A DNA stretch of 63,486 nucleotides, filler included, from Collodictyon triciliatum (taxonomy: Eukaryota), in NCBI GenBank assembly GCA_043381765.1. It is 7 parts of 7 records of this genome, joined end to end, with 100 filler letters (N's around TTAATTAATTAA, not from the genome) between each part and the next. Parts side by side here need not be neighbours in the genome. Positions count along the whole stretch, not along the records: positions 12,514 to 24,918 come from JBHJMP010002177.1; positions 25,019 to 37,430 come from JBHJMP010002179.1; 5 more parts are not named here. One strand, written 5' to 3'. Numbering within the stretch: position 1 is the first letter of the stretch; every line of letters starts with the position of its first letter. The position numbers and the translations under genes are program-made. The notes under the pieces are model-generated. The model was not told where the DNA came from and did no database searches. It worked only from the letters and a program-made list of their open reading frames with translations. Shown here piece by piece: positions 12,732 through 25,181 of the stretch.

Positions 12732-15700
12732 TATCGACATATACAAGACAAGGAAACAAACCGGCGCATTACGTTGATTTATGACCCGGCCACAACCTCT
12801 TTCAGGGAAAGCATCTGGGCCGATGTTAGTGTTGGCTCCATTGTCAGAGTGAAAGAGAATGAAGCCATTCCCGCGGACATGCTTGCGATCAAATCAAGCC
12901 TAGAAAACCATATTTGTTATGTCGAAACGTCAAACTTGGATGGGTTAGTGCTTTTTGTCTATCTTTTCTCCTCTATTACACCCCTTTTCCATTTGGCTCG
13001 TTGAAAGGAGATAGTTCATGATTATGCAGAACATATCTTCCGGCTTATCTCTCTATACCAAAACAAATCAGCAACGCCGGACCTTTTGACTTTCAAGAAA
13101 TCTAGTTTTTTCTAATTCCCAATTGTTTATTCTTCTTTTTTGTTAACTCGTTCCTTGGAGTACTTTGCCTGGGATTCAGTCTAATTCGTATCTCTCTCCG
13201 CAATAACATGCATGCAATATGTTTCTAACAAAATCTTTTGCAACTGTTCAGAGAAACAAACTTGAAAATAAGAGGAGCGCATCCTTCGATAAACAAAATT
13301 GTCAGCAATGTTGATAACCATTCTGGCATAATAACGGCCATAATCGAGTGTGAGCATCCAAACAATGCGCTCTATAAATTCGAAGGAAACCTCAAAGTTT
13401 CGACATCTGTTATTCCTCTTGAGGCCAAGCAGCTTCTACTTCGAGTAAGCACACTCCCGAAAGATATTCCCTTCTCTATCCCACAAGAAGCTAACTGAAT
13501 TTCCATGCAACTATTCCATGTTAATTAATTGATATTTGATATAATAAAAAAACATCATGTCCCAGCCACACATCCGCGAAAGAAAATGTATACTCAGGTG
13601 CATGTATTTATAATTGCAGGGTTGCACATTGCGGAACACTGCTTGGGTCGACGGCATAGTTGTTTTCACCGGCCATGAAACAAAATTAATGATGAATACA
13701 ATGTTTGCCATCACAACAACCATAATTAAAGGATTCTATTTGAATGTTTTCTTTTCTATTGACAAAAAAGGCATCGGTATGAATAAGCTGTTTGATGGTT
13801 ATCACTTTGTCCAACACATTTCATCCAAGTAATGTGTTTTTTTCTTCCATTATACAACAGGAATTCAAAAATTAAAACGAGCAGTATCGAGCGAAACCTG
13901 AACAGAAACATTTTATCCCTGTTTTTGTTTTTAATAGCATTGTGTGTAGTGTGTGGAAGCCTTTCAGGGGATTTTTTGGTAGGGCAATATCGTTTTAGTT
14001 TTTTTTTTTAATCTTACATCCGTTTGGGAAAGCAAAATAAAATTGAACCTGTTATATTATTCTCACACCCATTTTTCCACCAGAGAAGGAATAAAAACAA
14101 GTTGTGGTACTTGAGTTATGATTCCGGAGACAAGCCAGTGGAGGCTGGCGGATTGGCCATTCTGACATATGTGATTCTGTTCAACACATTGATACCTATA
14201 TCGCTCTACGTCTCAATAGAGCTCGTTAAAGTTATCCAGGCGTATTTGATTGATTGTGATGTGAACATGTATGACCCATTCAGTGATACTCCAGCAAAGG
14301 CGAGGACATCGAACCTTAGTGATGAATTGGGAGAGGTATAATAATTTATATGAGCAAAAAACTTATTTATAGTGCCAAATAAAAAAAAAACCCAATAGGA
14401 TGCCGATATTTAAACGAGAAAATTCATATCACTGTGGCCTTCTCTCTAATTGGGCGTTATTCACAAAGATACAGTACATATTCTCGGACAAGACCGGTAC
14501 ATTGACACAAAATATTATGGAATTCAAAATGTGCAGTATTGCTGGTGTGGCCTATGGAACTTTATCGAACAATAATTCATCAAAGGTTGATCTTGGAATA
14601 GAATTCAAACTCATACTGGTTGATTTCTCAAATATATGAATCTCACTGCCTACATTTTAGAGGAGTTACAAGAACGAAGCATAAATCTTGGATGATTTGA
14701 AAAATTGTTTTTTAACTATTGTTTAATCTTCTCAGGAATATTTCTTCGAAGACCCTCGAATATTCGAAATCCTTAAAAACTCCAAAAAGCAGGAATTTCA
14801 TCACGTTTCGGAATTTATCATGCATATGTCTCTCTGCAGTACAGTATTACCCGTTAAGGATGACCTAGAGCCTGAAAACCATGCTAGTATGATATACAAG
14901 TGTCCACTGTTCATCCCATGTTTTTTGTATACTGTAGAAACACCCTTTTATATTTATAATGACGGCGATTTCCATGAAAATCACATCTATTTCACTTTTT
15001 TCTCCTAATTGGTTCCATAGAAATAGTTTATCAAGCTGCCTCACCTGATGAAGCAGCTCTCTTGAATGGTGCTCGCTACTTTGGATTTGCGCTCAAGGTT
15101 AGAAAAACTATCAACGTGTTCATAACTATTTTATCAAATCCTCCAAGCTTTTTTGCATTCAAAGTCAGAACTATTTCCTTCTTGTGCGTAAAAAAGTCCT
15201 TTAAGAAAAATAAACGAGATGCAAGATTTTAAATTATCTGGAATAGACCCAATATTCGTTATCTTATGGTTTCTCCAACACGATACCTTCAGAGTCTCTT
15301 ATTGCTTTTATTAACTCAAAAAAATACCACTACTCAGAGTCGCACACCCAGCCAGATTACCATCGCGACCCCTACGGGTGATGAGGATTGGGGAATATTG
15401 AATGTTATTGAGTTCAGCAGCCAAAGAAAACGAATGTCCATTATAGTTCGCTCTCCAGAGGGTATCATTGCTATATAAACCTTTATTATTATTATTATTA
15501 TTATTATTTTATTATTTTCTGATATGATACATCTTACTCAAAACGACTACGCATCGTTGATAATATCCTCAATGCTTTATAACGACATTTATTCGTGACA
15601 TTTCTTAAAAATCTACAATCGTGCAACATGCTAATAATTCTGTTTCTTAGGCCGAATATTACTTATATGCAAAGGGGCCGAGACAGTTATCCTTCCCAGA

Positions 15701-18250
15701 CTCGCCTCCGATCAACAGAAAATGATAAGTGAAACTGTGAAGCACATAGAGGTATTTGTTGCTTTTTAATTAGATTCGCTCCGATATGTTTGATATTTTC
15801 TCTTTACTAATTCTAATGATGATAAGCATATAATTCTCTATTTTATTATTTTTCTATGTTAGAGCTTTGCAATTATTGGATTGCGTACATTGTGTCTCTC
15901 AAGCAAGGAACTTTCAGAGGAGGAATACGAAAAATGGGCAGTTCAATACAACAACGCCCTTACTGCAACATCTGGACGTGATGAAAAGGTATGCATCGTG
16001 AAAAGCTGCGCTGCCTTTTCTTTATGTAAACAAGGCAAAATTTTGATTGCTAAAGACCAAATATGTTTTCATACGATGTCGTCCATTCATCAATAGAAAT
16101 TCATTCCATAGATGATTTCTTTTACCCCTCCAGTCTCACACACAAATGTTTGCTTAAAATTTTCTTCTTATCTTTTAATAATTTAGGTAGAGGAGTGTGG
16201 AGACTTGATGGAGACTAATCTTACTCTTCATGGAGCAACTGCTATTGAAGACAAACTTCAAGAAGGCGTCGCTGATTGCATCTATTCTCTCCGCCAAGTA
16301 TTTGAATCATCCTAGACACTTCATTCAGATGGCCAATTTTTTCATGATGCTGAAGCTGATAATTGCGTTTCTTTTTTTTCTTTTTTTTTTTTCGCCCGAA
16401 AATAGGCCGGTATAAAAATCTGGGTCCTTACTGGAGACAAACAAGAAACCGCCATAAACATAGGATATTCCTGTAAACTGATTGATACAGATATGAGGCT
16501 CATAATTCTAAATGCACAATCACCCGATGAAGCTGAGCAGCAAATAGAACAATATATCCACGAGTTGGCCGACTATGAGGTGGCCGCATATCTCTATGAT
16601 TTTTCTACGTCTTTGTGCATGTGTATGCAGTTTTATGACCATAAATGTATTGGGGGTGCAAAATCCTGTATTTCTGCACCCAAAGAGTTTTATTTGTTGA
16701 TACAAAATGCATCCCACTTTTATCCGACCAAACAGCCTCGTAAACTGAAAGCACAGCTTGGACTGGTGGTAGATGGCCAGACCCTATCATACGCAATTCG
16801 CCAGTTCCCAAAGAAATTCGTCAGGTTGGCTGTTGCGTGCAAGTCAGTGATTTGTTCCAGAGTATCTCCATCACAGAAAGTTTGTGTATATCTATTTACT
16901 AAATAAAAGTGCCAATACTATTGTGTTTTGATGTTCTTTTTTCCTTTTGAAAAACTCTATCTAAGACAAAAAATAGGGATTGGTAGTAAAATTAGTTATG
17001 GACAATTTATCTGCCATTACCCTCGCCATTGGAGATGGTGCGAATGATGTAGGGATGATAAAGCAAGCACACATAGGTTTCTGCTCGTTTCTATTTTTAC
17101 ATGCAATTAAAATGTCATATTTACTTTTGTTTGCTTACTTTTTTTTATTTAGTCACTGCAAAACACCCGTACTCGGTTTTTTTTCTTCTTCGAAATTATG
17201 TTGTCTGATTTCCCGGATGTTCTTTGATGAATCTATATTTCATTCTTTCCAGGGGTTGGTATCAGCGGTCAGGAAGGAATGCAAGCAGTGATGGCTAGTG
17301 ATTATGCCATAGCTCAATTCAGGTGATTTTAGTTTGACAGGCTTTTTTTTTTAATGATTCATTTGCATGTTTTGATTTCTCGTTTCTTATTTTTCGATAA
17401 TTTTATATATAAAAATTTTCTTATGTAAAATGTAAAAAACGACACACACGCGAGAAGATTTCTCAAAAAGTTGCTTCTTGTGCACGGACGATGGTCGTAC
17501 ATACGAATTTGTCAGCTTGTTCGATATTGTTTCTATAAAAACATCTGTTTCTCCTTGATTTCGCTGTGGTTTTCAATATATACCGGGTTCTCTGGGCAGG
17601 TGAATATATTCACTTTTATGCTGGTTGATTTTCCATTTCCTTTCTTTTTGCTTGTTTTCATCATATTTTATCGTTTTCCAAAGAACGCACTCGATAATCC
17701 CGAACTTTTTTTCTCTCTTTTCTAGACCTTACATGAGAGCATGTATATTGCATTGTTCAATGTAATATTCACGTCACTACCTATCATGGTTCTGGCCATA
17801 TTTGAGCAAGATGTTTCTCCTGAAGCTATGAACAGATATCCACAACTCTATTCGTATAGACAGGAAACAGATAAAGTAGCTCTTCACCTCCTATATTCCA
17901 TTTCCTGAATTCTGTCATATTTTAAGGATGAATTCATTGTTGTTTTTATTTTTCTTCTGTTTTTTTTTTATATGATTAATCCACCCGCAATATTCGGCAT
18001 CTTTTGCATCGCACGTTCCTTGAGTATCTTAAGCTTTTCAATATTCTATAGTTTTACATGTCTTATCTTTTTTTTTTAAAAAAAAAATAATATATGAAAC
18101 AATCACAGTTTAACCCAAGAAGCTTTTGGACTTGGTTGGCAAATGGTCTGGCCCATTCACTGGTGAGAAATGATTCTTTTTAATGGACTATAAAACTCGT
18201 ATTTTTCAAAATGTATTTCCATCCGGGTTTCCATCAGCTTTTAAACCATT

Positions 18251-18303
<53 letters not shown>

Positions 18304-19469
18304 TTTTTTTTTTTTTTTTTTTTTTTTGCTTTTTTGCTATTTTGCTTCATCAACTGAGACCATTTTCCTTGTTTTTTGTCAGATATGCTTCTTCATACCA
18401 TATGGCCTTTGCACGGAGGTGACTACGACCATGCCTGATGGGAAAGGGGGTGTGGATGACATTTGGTCTATGGGGACGCTGACCTACACATGCGTGGTGT
18501 TGCTGGTGAATATGAAAGTTGGTCTAATGACAACGTAAGACATACTATGCATTTATCCAAACTTATCGACCCAGAAGAAAAAAAAAGAGAGAAGAATAGT
18601 AACAAAAGGAAATATTTCTGGAGTGTGTGACGTAACACCGATGCTTGTAAACAATGTAGGTATTGGACATGGATTCATCTATTTTGCTGCACTGGGAGTA
18701 TAATGGTCTGGTTCATGTTTGCGCTTTCCTACCATTCTCTACCGTTGTCGGTAACGACAGACACATACGGTATCATATTCCATATTGCTCGAGCCCCAGC
18801 ATTCTGGTTGTGTGCCCTTTTCGTCCCCCTTTTTGCGATTGCCGTGGACTTTGCGTGCACATCGTAAGTCAACAAAGCAACCAACATCAAGTCCAAACAA
18901 ATACCATCGTTCAGTGAATGCAGCAAGATCGATGCACACATCCATGACACATTTGATTCTTTCTACTTGCAACTCATCCCCGTTGCACTCTACGAATTTG
19001 AATAATAGCATGACTTTGAAGAGAATATATACATATACGCAGAAACAAGATATAACGTATTTGCAGTTACGACCAAAGCACTTTGACTCACCATTCATCC
19101 ATTCCCATCTTTCTCATATCTGTTAGAATATACAACGAATTGTGTCCACTGAACACACTCGCGATTCGCGAAGCAATGCAGACTGACTGGGCCGCAAACG
19201 ATACAAAACCGCTTACAAACGTCCTCGTCCCAACCCAGCTCGCCACAGACCCAACGCCCTGCATCCAGCAAACAAGCTCTCCTGAGCCCCGACACAACCC
19301 CGAAGACGTTGTTGTGTTCATGCGCAAAGGCTCTCCAGACCGTATGTACCCGCCTCATCTCCACAATCACAGAAAAGAAATTAATCGAAAAACCAAAAAA
19401 AAAAAAAACTCACATGAAAAAAAAAAAAAACTTATGACAGCGCGTCTTTCCTCTGCGGATGATTCCTAG
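12732..19469 (+). CDS. P4-type ATPase (phospholipid flippase, Drs2/ATP8-like), 5' truncated, many exons
   Basis: [26 protein letters not shown], the P4 hallmark [22 protein letters not shown], phosphorylation motif [83 protein letters not shown]. Last exon ends ...RLSSADDS* at 19469. Confidence 0.95.
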
Positions 19470-19835
19470 AGAAGCCAGTCATTCACAATCAACACACTGT
19501 ACCATAAAACAAAATGAAGCGAAAGTAGAAAAAGAATAGGAAAACGAGCAAATAAAAACAAGGCACCATCTCCCCTGCCAACCACACACAAAGTTCATAT
19601 CGGGTTCATTTAATGCACGCCACCAACCATCTGAATTGGGCCAAACACCCAACCGAAACAAGAGCAACAGCAAGAAAGATGCAACATCCTAATCAACCAT
19701 TACATCGATAAATTGGGAAAGAGGAATAGCAGAAAGAAGAAGAAAACACACACACACACGCACGCACACACACACAATCACACAATCATAATCACAGCAC
19801 CAAGGATAGGAAAAGAGGAAAGGGAGGGCGGCGAC

Positions 19836-20786
19836 TCAGGAGATAGGGTTGACATAGTCGATTGCGTGGAGGGAGAGGAACTGGCGGGGGTCGGAGCGGG
19901 CGGGATCGGGCAGCACCCTGGCGGGCGGAGGCATGAGGGCGGGGCCGCGGCGGGGGGCGAAGGGGCGGGGGCGGAAGGCGTCGGCACTTGTGGAGCGGAA
20001 GTTTGCGGCGGTTGTCGGGGGCTGCAGCGGGTTGGACGGGGCGCGGGGCAGAGGCGGGTCGGCGGCGGTGTGGGGGTGGAGGACGTCGTGGAGCGGGTGG
20101 GCGTGGGTCAGGGCGGTGGCGGGGCGCAGGGAGGGGTGGGGGCGGCCCGCGTAGAGCTGGTGCGGCGGGAGGGCGGCTGCGTGGGGGGCGGTTGCGGGGT
20201 CCACACGGTGATGGCGATGGTGATGATGGTGATAAGACAGCTGCGTGGCCGTGCGGGGCGGGTGCGGGGCGGCCTGCGTCCACACGTGCGGGTCGGCGTG
20301 GTCGCTGCCGGGCGCCGCGGCGGGTGTGCGGTGGGCGCCGCGGCTCGCAGGGCGGAAGTCCGTGTGCGCCGTGGATCGCAGCGTGCGGGGCGGCGTGCCG
20401 TCCTCCGAGGGGTACGCGGCCGTGGGCAGCGCTTCGGCGAAGGGGCTGCGGCGTGTGCCTCGGCTGCCCGGTGGCGGCGGTCCGGTGGTGCTGGGTGCAG
20501 AGGCAGAGGCGGAGGCGGGCAGCACGCTCGGCACGGGCGGCGCCTCGCTGATGCGCTGCGTGGTCGGCCGCAGCGGCAGGCTCGACTGGAAGATCCCTGC
20601 GCCGGCGTGGGTCGGCGTCCGGCTGCGTGCATCGGCATGGCCTGTTTCGAAGCTGCGCGGCCCCAGCGTTGCGCGGCTTGTGCTCTCGGCCACCCCGTCT
20701 GCGCGGAAGGTGCTGTGTTGGCACGTGCAGACGCCCCCGAGGCATGTCGAGGCGCTGCAGCTGGCCGGTGCGCGGGGGCGTGTCAT
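19836..20786 (-). CDS. Intronless GC-rich Pro/His/Ala-rich protein (316 aa), putative SAXO/MAP6-like microtubule-binding (Mn-motif) protein
   Basis: ATG at 20786 (MTRPRAPASCSASTCLGGVCTCQH...), open to the stop at 19836. N-terminal Cys cluster and recurring S/T-x4-F/Y motifs (RSTAHTDF, RTATQLSY, RSTSADAF, LSLHAIDY). Confidence 0.5.
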   Translation of the reverse strand: MTRPRAPASCSASTCLGGVCTCQHSTFRADGVAESTSRATLGPRSFETGHADARSRTPTHAGAGIFQSSLPLRPTTQRISEAPPVPSVLPASASASAPSTTGPPPPGSRGTRRSPFAEALPTAAYPSEDGTPPRTLRSTAHTDFRPASRGAHRTPAAAPGSDHADPHVWTQAAPHPPRTATQLSYHHHHHRHHRVDPATAPHAAALPPHQLYAGRPHPSLRPATALTHAHPLHDVLHPHTAADPPLPRAPSNPLQPPTTAANFRSTSADAFRPRPFAPRRGPALMPPPARVLPDPARSDPRQFLSLHAIDYVNPIS

Positions 20787-20815
20787 GGCACAGGCGGTTC
20801 TTTTCTGCTCCTGCT

Positions 20816-21225
20816 GTTTGTTTGTTTGTTTGTTTGTTTGTTTGTTTGTTTGTTTGTTTGTTTGTTTGTTTGTTTGTTTGTTTTTTTGTTTTTTTGTTTT
20901 TTTGTTTTTTTGTTTTTTTGTTTTTTTGTTTTTTTGTTTTTTTGTTTTTTTGTTTGTTTGTTTGTTTGTTTGTTTGTTTGTTTGTTTGTTTGTTTGTTTG
21001 TTTGTTTGTTTGTTTGTTTGTTTGTTTGTTTGTTTGTTTGGTTGGTTGTTTGTTTGGTTGTTTTGTCTGTTTGTTTGCTTGTTTTTTTTCTTTGTTTTGT
21101 TTGTTTGTTTGTTTGTTTCTGCTCCTGCTGTTGGTTTTTCTTTGTTTGTTTGTTTGTTTGTTTGTTTGTTTGTTTGTTTGTTTGTTTGTTTGTTTGTTTG
21201 TTTGTTTGTTTGTTTGTTTGTTTGC
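20816..21225 (+). repeat. Compound (TTTG)n / (TTTTTTGTT)n microsatellite
   Basis: Visible; it extends several ORFs spuriously (FVCL and NKQT runs). Confidence 0.95.
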
Positions 21226-21550
21226 TTTGTTCGTTTGGTTCTTGCTTCTTCGTCTGTCAATCCGGCGGAAGCAGGTGTGTTTTCTTCATGGTAAAAAACA
21301 GGAGCTGATTCATCTCTGGTTTTTGTTCTGCAACGGATTGGCGGTTGGCCGCATTTGGAGGTGAAAGGGATGGCCGCGTTTGGATGGTGTGGTTGTTGTA
21401 TTCGGTAGGGAAGGGAGGAAGAGCGTGTCTGAGATTTATGGTCGGTGCTGTCTTTCGCTTTCGTGGGGTTTGCGTAATCATTGGGTGGGTTGCTGTCTGG
21501 TGTCTCGATGAAAGGAAAAAGAAAGAAAAGGAATTGGATTGTTGTGTGTC

Positions 21551-23751
21551 CTATATATCGACTGCCTTGGTCAGCGTGCCATGTAATGTGGTGGCGATGC
21601 TGTCGTGTCGGGGAATCATGGACGGCACCAACGAGAACGGGAAATATCTCATCACGGCAACGTAGGCAACAACTTGCAAAGCAAATTTCGAAGAAATAAT
21701 GAGCGATTGTTCCTCGTTATCCTTGGATTGACGACTTGCCTCAAGAGCCTCTTTTGTGATGAACTGGTCAAATAAGACAATCAACGTTCCTCCGACAAAG
21801 CTTTTTAAAATGGTCGCCGCGTAGGGTCCACCCATCATCCATGCCCGAGTAAAGCCCCAAGCAACTCCTGCCATGGCTGCGGTGGAAATTTTTACCTGCG
21901 ACTCGTAGTACTCTCCCGAGTTGATAATGTCATGGAAGGAATCATAACCAACCTTCTTCTCCACGTTCCTTGAAATCATGTCAAGAATCAAGATGGCATA
22001 ACCTGACAAAATGCTGTCCTCACTTTTTCTCAACTGCTCCAGTTTGTCGACGTCCTGCATAAGAAGCGACTTTTGCTGTTTGCTGAGATGCTGGTCTAAA
22101 ATCAAACAAGATAAATTCAAATAATTGGCAACTAATTTAGAAAATTCATCAAAATATCTTACATTTCGATTATTGTTACTTTTAATTTATTTATTATTTT
22201 TTTTGTAAAAAAATTCCCCGTAAAAAAGTTAAAAAGCATAGGATAGGGCCCAAGGTCTCTTTTCTCCTTTCTCTCATTCTAGCAAAGGTTATTTACACTG
22301 TAACGATGCTGAGGCAAGGATTTTCAAGATGCTGCGAAGTTCCATGGGATTGTCCGTTTTTAGCAACAAAGGGGCTATGCTGAGAATATCACCGTACGAT
22401 AAAACGCTAGTGTTAAAGTCCATGTCATACTCAATCGGAGTACAAAGGGCAGCTAGAGCTTCTAAAACTTCATTTTCTCCTGTTTTCAATGAGAGGTCAA
22501 TCAGGACTCCAATGGCCCCGTACTCCCGCATATCTTGAATATTTTCATCTATACCCATGTCATCATTAATTTACAAATTATTTTCAATAATAGGCAATGC
22601 TGGTGATAAGTAAACAATTTCTTTTAAAAATCACAAAAGCATGAAACAGTAGTAAACTATACACAGTAAGTGTTATAATTTATTTTATTTTTTTTAGAGT
22701 CGAATTGAATGAAAAATTTTGGATAAAAAATTAAAGAGAAATTCACCATTTACTGAAAGAGCTTTGACTGTCGCTGCTGCATTAAGAGTAACATATTCAA
22801 CCTTGGAGTCCAAATGAGCAATCACTTGAGTAAGAATACCAGGAGAGGAGCCAATACTGCGCGCAGAATAAGCTATAGTATGTTTTTTTTTTTTGCACCA
22901 TAATTGCGAGTGAAAGTATAATTGAGAAAACAGGCATTTGCTTAATTTAATCGTTTCATCTACAATATCATACTGTCATTAGTATTTATGTGTACTCCTT
23001 TTAATTCGTTCTTGTGTTATCAGGCCATTGCAAATGTGTGCATACACAAAAAGGTGTTTACTTACGCGAGACAGAAATTGATTCCCGAATATTATTCAAT
23101 CCCGAAACAATGACAGAATTTTGGAGGTTTACCAAGTAGTGATTCAGTAAAGTCATTTCTGTTTCATCTATTAAAAAAGAACGATTTGATTATTTATGTA
23201 TATATACAATACAAACTTCTGTTACTACTTGAAGAAAAAAATATATGGATGTATTGCGTCCGTATCATTTGGATAGATAAGCCAACTTTCAACTGAATAC
23301 TTTGGATTGAAAATATTTAAAGATGCACATAGCGCTTCACAAGCTCGGCAAAGTAAAAGATACAAAATAAGGAAACAAAAAATAATATGAGAAAAAAAAA
23401 GAAGAGTAAAAATATGTTGAGGAGCATACTTGGAACCGCAGCAAACTGGACCATGTTCTCCAAGAAAACACCGCCAACCGCTATCGTTGTGACAATTTTC
23501 GAGCCATGGCTTGATAAAAAGGTCTTTAGTTTGCCAAACAACGACTCATTCACTTGCTCAGTGGACTGTGCAACAGGAGAGCCAGCAACAGGTTTCGTTT
23601 GTGGCGCATTGGACTCTGACTTTGCAAGCGTTGAGCGACTTTGGAATCCTCGCACAAAAGCAGGCTGCGATCGAGGCCGGGTTACTCCCAGATTCGTGGC
23701 TTGAGCGCGGACTCCAGACAAAAGCCGTGGCAGAGTTATCGTGCGAAGCAT
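21551..23751 (-). CDS. Probable mitochondrial membrane protein with ARM-like repeats and C-terminal hydrophobic helices
   Basis: Arg-rich, acid-free presequence MLRTITLPRLLSGVRAQ...VRGFQS; hydrophobic segment IVTTIAVGGVFL; ARM-like ENIQDMREYGAIGVLIDL..ALAALC; long final exon with TM-like segments ending ...KAVDI*. Confidence 0.6.
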
Positions 23752-24197
23752 CCTGGAAACTCCTCCCTTCGCAGTTTTCCAAAAAGAAAAGAAGAAAAAG
23801 GAGAATAAGAGAAAGCAAAGCAGACAAAATGCTTCTGCGATGTCTATGTTAAGTATGTAGGGTGCGATCGGTTGTATGGTTTGGCGAGTTTGAGCTGTGC
23901 AGCAACTCAAAGGCGGAGAGTTTGATGTTAAGATCTGCTTTTGGGCGGCTTTGATGGGCTGCTGTCAGCCGCGAGTGTCTGACAAACACAAACCCTTGCG
24001 TATATTCGGGTCATAAATGTTCATCAAACTAATCGCGTATTTTCACATTACTTGAAAAAAACAGAAAGTAAAATGAATTAAGGAAAAGGGCTACACCCGA
24101 GTCGACGAATTGTGATTTCATTCTTTTTTTTTTTTTTTTGTTCTTATTTTTATTTGCTCTTCACAACGGGAGAGGGCAAAGAAAGCTTTGAATGCTT

Positions 24198-24699
24198 TTA
24201 AATCGATAGGAGCTCATCCTCAATCTTTGCAAAAGCGGGTCGCTTCCTGGGGTCTTCGCTCCAACAGTCGGTGATGATTTTGGACAAAGAGGGGTGAATA
24301 TCCTGCGGGATGGTTGGCCGAATCCCGTTGATGACCTCCACCGCGAGCTTGTACGGGTCGATGTCACCATATGGCTTCTTTCTTGAACATACTTCCCAGG
24401 ACAAGATAGCAAAGCTGTAAACATCAGCCGATTCGTCATACTTCAATCCTTTGAGAACCTGTCAAGGATTGCCACATCAGCCAATACGAAAAGTACAAGG
24501 ATTGGTGAATTCGGGCCAAATATCTCTTGCCACACACATTCATGTTTCTCTATATGATAGAGCAATGTGAGAACTATATTGTAACCTCAGGAGCAATCCA
24601 AGCCTTCGTCCCGCATTTCGTCATCGTTTGGTTGTTGGCCTTGACCCTTGCCAAACCGAAATCAGCGATTTTGGCGATAATAGGGTCTTCTTGAAAAAT
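24198..24699 (-). CDS. C-terminal lobe of a tyrosine-kinase-like (TKL) protein kinase; 5' part lost at the contig end
   Basis: AKIADFGLAR..TMTKCGTKAWIAPE|VLKGLKYDESADVYSFAILSWE..PY..GIRPTIP..ITDCWSEDPRKRPAF. Confidence 0.9.
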
Positions 24700-24823
24700 C
24701 TGTGGCATATTCGAAATCAGGACTGCAACATTATGGCTCCTGAAAACATCAACCTATATTCTTTTTTATATTCTTTTCTTTTTCTTTTTCTTTTGAATGA
24801 AATGGTCTGTTATCCTTTATATT

Positions 24824-24918
<95 letters not shown>
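24824..24918 (+). repeat. (AGAA)n microsatellite at contig end
   Basis: Visible. Confidence 0.95.
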
Positions 24919-25018
24919 NNNNNNNNNNNNNNNNNNNNNNNNNNNNNNNNNNNNNNNNNNNNTTAATTAATTAANNNNNNNNNNNNNNNNNNNNNNNNNN
25001 NNNNNNNNNNNNNNNNNN
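24919..25018. other. Artificial contig linker
   Basis: N44-TTAATTAATTAA-N44. Confidence 0.97.
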
Positions 25019-25168
25019 CATAAACATAAACATAAACATAAACATAAACATAAACATAAACATAAACATAAACATAAACATAAACATAAACATAAACATA
25101 AACATAAACATAAACATAAACATAAACATAAACATAAACATAAACATAAACATAAACATAAACATAAA
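25019..25168 (+). repeat. (CATAAA)n microsatellite
   Basis: Visible. Confidence 0.95.
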
Positions 25169-25181
25169 CGCTCAAGCAGCC

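Noticed and set aside
19713-21364. Long plus-strand ORFs (531, 349 and 245 aa) and the NKQT-repeat N-terminus of the 474-aa minus ORF
   Set aside because: Stop-free only because of high GC and the (TTTG)n tract; the coherent protein is the minus frame from ATG 20786
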